Assembly: GCA_051362555.1 (NCBI GenBank)
Contig: CM120640.1
Span: 42,138,788-42,202,787, forward strand
DNA length: 64,000 nt
Direction: 5' to 3'
DNA from: Lingula anatina
Taxonomy: Eukaryota > Animalia > Brachiopoda
Part shown: positions 63,112 to 64,000 of the stretch, piece after piece
Position numbering within the stretch: position 1 is the stretch's first letter
How the letters are laid out: the number at the start of each line of letters is the position of its first letter
Made by a program: the position numbers and the translations under genes
The notes under the pieces: generated by a model
Databases searched by the model: none
Told to the model about the DNA's origin: nothing
Seen by the model: only the letters and a program-made list of their open reading frames with translations

Positions 63112-64000
63112 ATGGCAGAGAGTAAAGAAAAACTAAAGTCAGAAATTAAAGAAGAGTTAAGATCTGAAGGTTTTACTGATCAATCATGTTACCAGTATAT
63201 TTCCTCTTCAAGAAGAATAGCACGTTTTAAAGATAAGCCTTTATCTCCTGATGATGTAGAAATTAAGGAATGGGTGCAAGATATAAAAGCTCACCTCAAT
63301 ACCAGAAAATTTAAAGATAGGGAAGAAGCTGCCGCTTTCATTGTTAGTAATTTAGCTGGTAAAGCTAGAAAAGAAATCATTGGTAGAGGGATAGAAATTA
63401 GCACAAACCCAGAGAAAATTTTTGAAATTTTAATAAAAGTTTTCGGGGATGGTGACATACTGCCTGTTCTTCAGCAACGTTTTTATGAGTACAAACAAGG
63501 TAGTAAAGAAGATCTGCTCTCATGTTCACTAAAATTGGTTGAACTTTTTGATGAAATTTGTGTTATCAGGGAAGAATTCTTGGTTGACAGAGATAATACA
63601 CTGAAAGGTAGATTAGCGGAATGTGTTAGAGATAACAGTTTGAAAAGAGAGTTGAGAAGACTAAATTTAGAACAACCAAGATTGTCATTTTTTGACCTTA
63701 GAGATAGAGCTATTGACTGGATCGGTAGGAGTGATCAGAATCAGAAAGAAACAGGTACTCTCCAAGAGTCTGCTGTACAAAATGATGAAATTTTAAAATT
63801 AGTCCAAGAACAAAGTAAACAAATAGCTCAGCAATCTAAACAAATTTTGCAACAACAGCAACAAATAAATGAGTTAATGAGAGGACAATTTCGAGGTCAG
63901 CGTGACATGATAAGAGAAGTAAGAGGTAGAGGTCAAAGTAGAGGTAGAGGTCGACATAGCAACCGATATGGTAGACAATCTGAGGTGAGGAAATGTTTTA
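63112..64000 (+). CDS. gag: Retrotransposon Gag (3'-partial; absent from the ORF track because it has no stop in the window)
   Basis: Open from ATG 63112: MAESKEKLKSEIKEEL...EIKEWVQDIKAHL...FIVSNLAGKARKEI...IFEILIKVFGD...LQQRFYEYKQGSKEDLLSCSLKL...LKRELRRL...SFFDLRDRAIDW, then a Q-rich coil, an RG-rich segment and VRKCF (probable start of a CCHC knuckle). Confidence 0.9.
   Translation, partial: MAESKEKLKSEIKEELRSEGFTDQSCYQYISSSRRIARFKDKPLSPDDVEIKEWVQDIKAHLNTRKFKDREEAAAFIVSNLAGKARKEIIGRGIEISTNPEKIFEILIKVFGDGDILPVLQQRFYEYKQGSKEDLLSCSLKLVELFDEICVIREEFLVDRDNTLKGRLAECVRDNSLKRELRRLNLEQPRLSFFDLRDRAIDWIGRSDQNQKETGTLQESAVQNDEILKLVQEQSKQIAQQSKQILQQQQQINELMRGQFRGQRDMIREVRGRGQSRGRGRHSNRYGRQSEVRKCF

Larger units (their letters stand above)
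61986..64000 (+). mobile_element. Ty3/Gypsy-type LTR retrotransposon, 5' part, antisense within an intron of SLC5 copy A
   Basis: Putative 5' LTR 61986-62442 (TGTGAC...GTTACA, AATAAA at 62370), then a PBS, a leader with tandem repeats and an open gag ORF. The LTR start is inferred because the 3' LTR is outside the window. Confidence 0.88.

Overview
This is AT-rich, intron-containing animal genomic DNA, not prokaryotic, so most ORFs in the track are chance ORFs or single exons. A marine invertebrate such as a mollusc is likely, but that is an inference. Exons were assembled by hand from GT-AG boundaries and reading phase. (1) 508-5320 (+): 3' part of a mosaic gene in which a trypsin-type protease domain comes first and is joined by a 16-nt micro-exon to EGF-cbEGF-CCP-cbEGF-HYR-HYR-CCP modules. 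(2) 13061-10651 (-): a single-pass membrane protein made of an IgGFc-binding (FCGBP N-terminal-like) domain; its first exon was not found. (3) About 13-33 kb: a gene-poor interval with a 3.3-kb CAC...GTG DNA transposon (25-bp perfect TIRs, 4-bp TSD), a head-to-head pair of TATA+Inr-like cassettes and degraded TE fragments. (4) 33.6-61.6 kb (-): a tandem array of four SLC5A5/6/8/12-clade sodium:solute symporter genes. Two are complete 15-exon copies, one is a 5'-truncated pseudogene, and one runs off the window. Their patchwork identity suggests gene conversion. (5) 61986 to the end (+): an apparently young Gypsy-type LTR retrotransposon (LTR, tRNA-Ser PBS, 60-bp tandem repeat, open gag) in an intron of the last SLC5 copy. 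The palindrome TACATGTA is strongly over-represented throughout. No CRISPR array, rRNA or tRNA gene was seen. I cannot establish a wholly new system from sequence alone; the best leads are in the findings.
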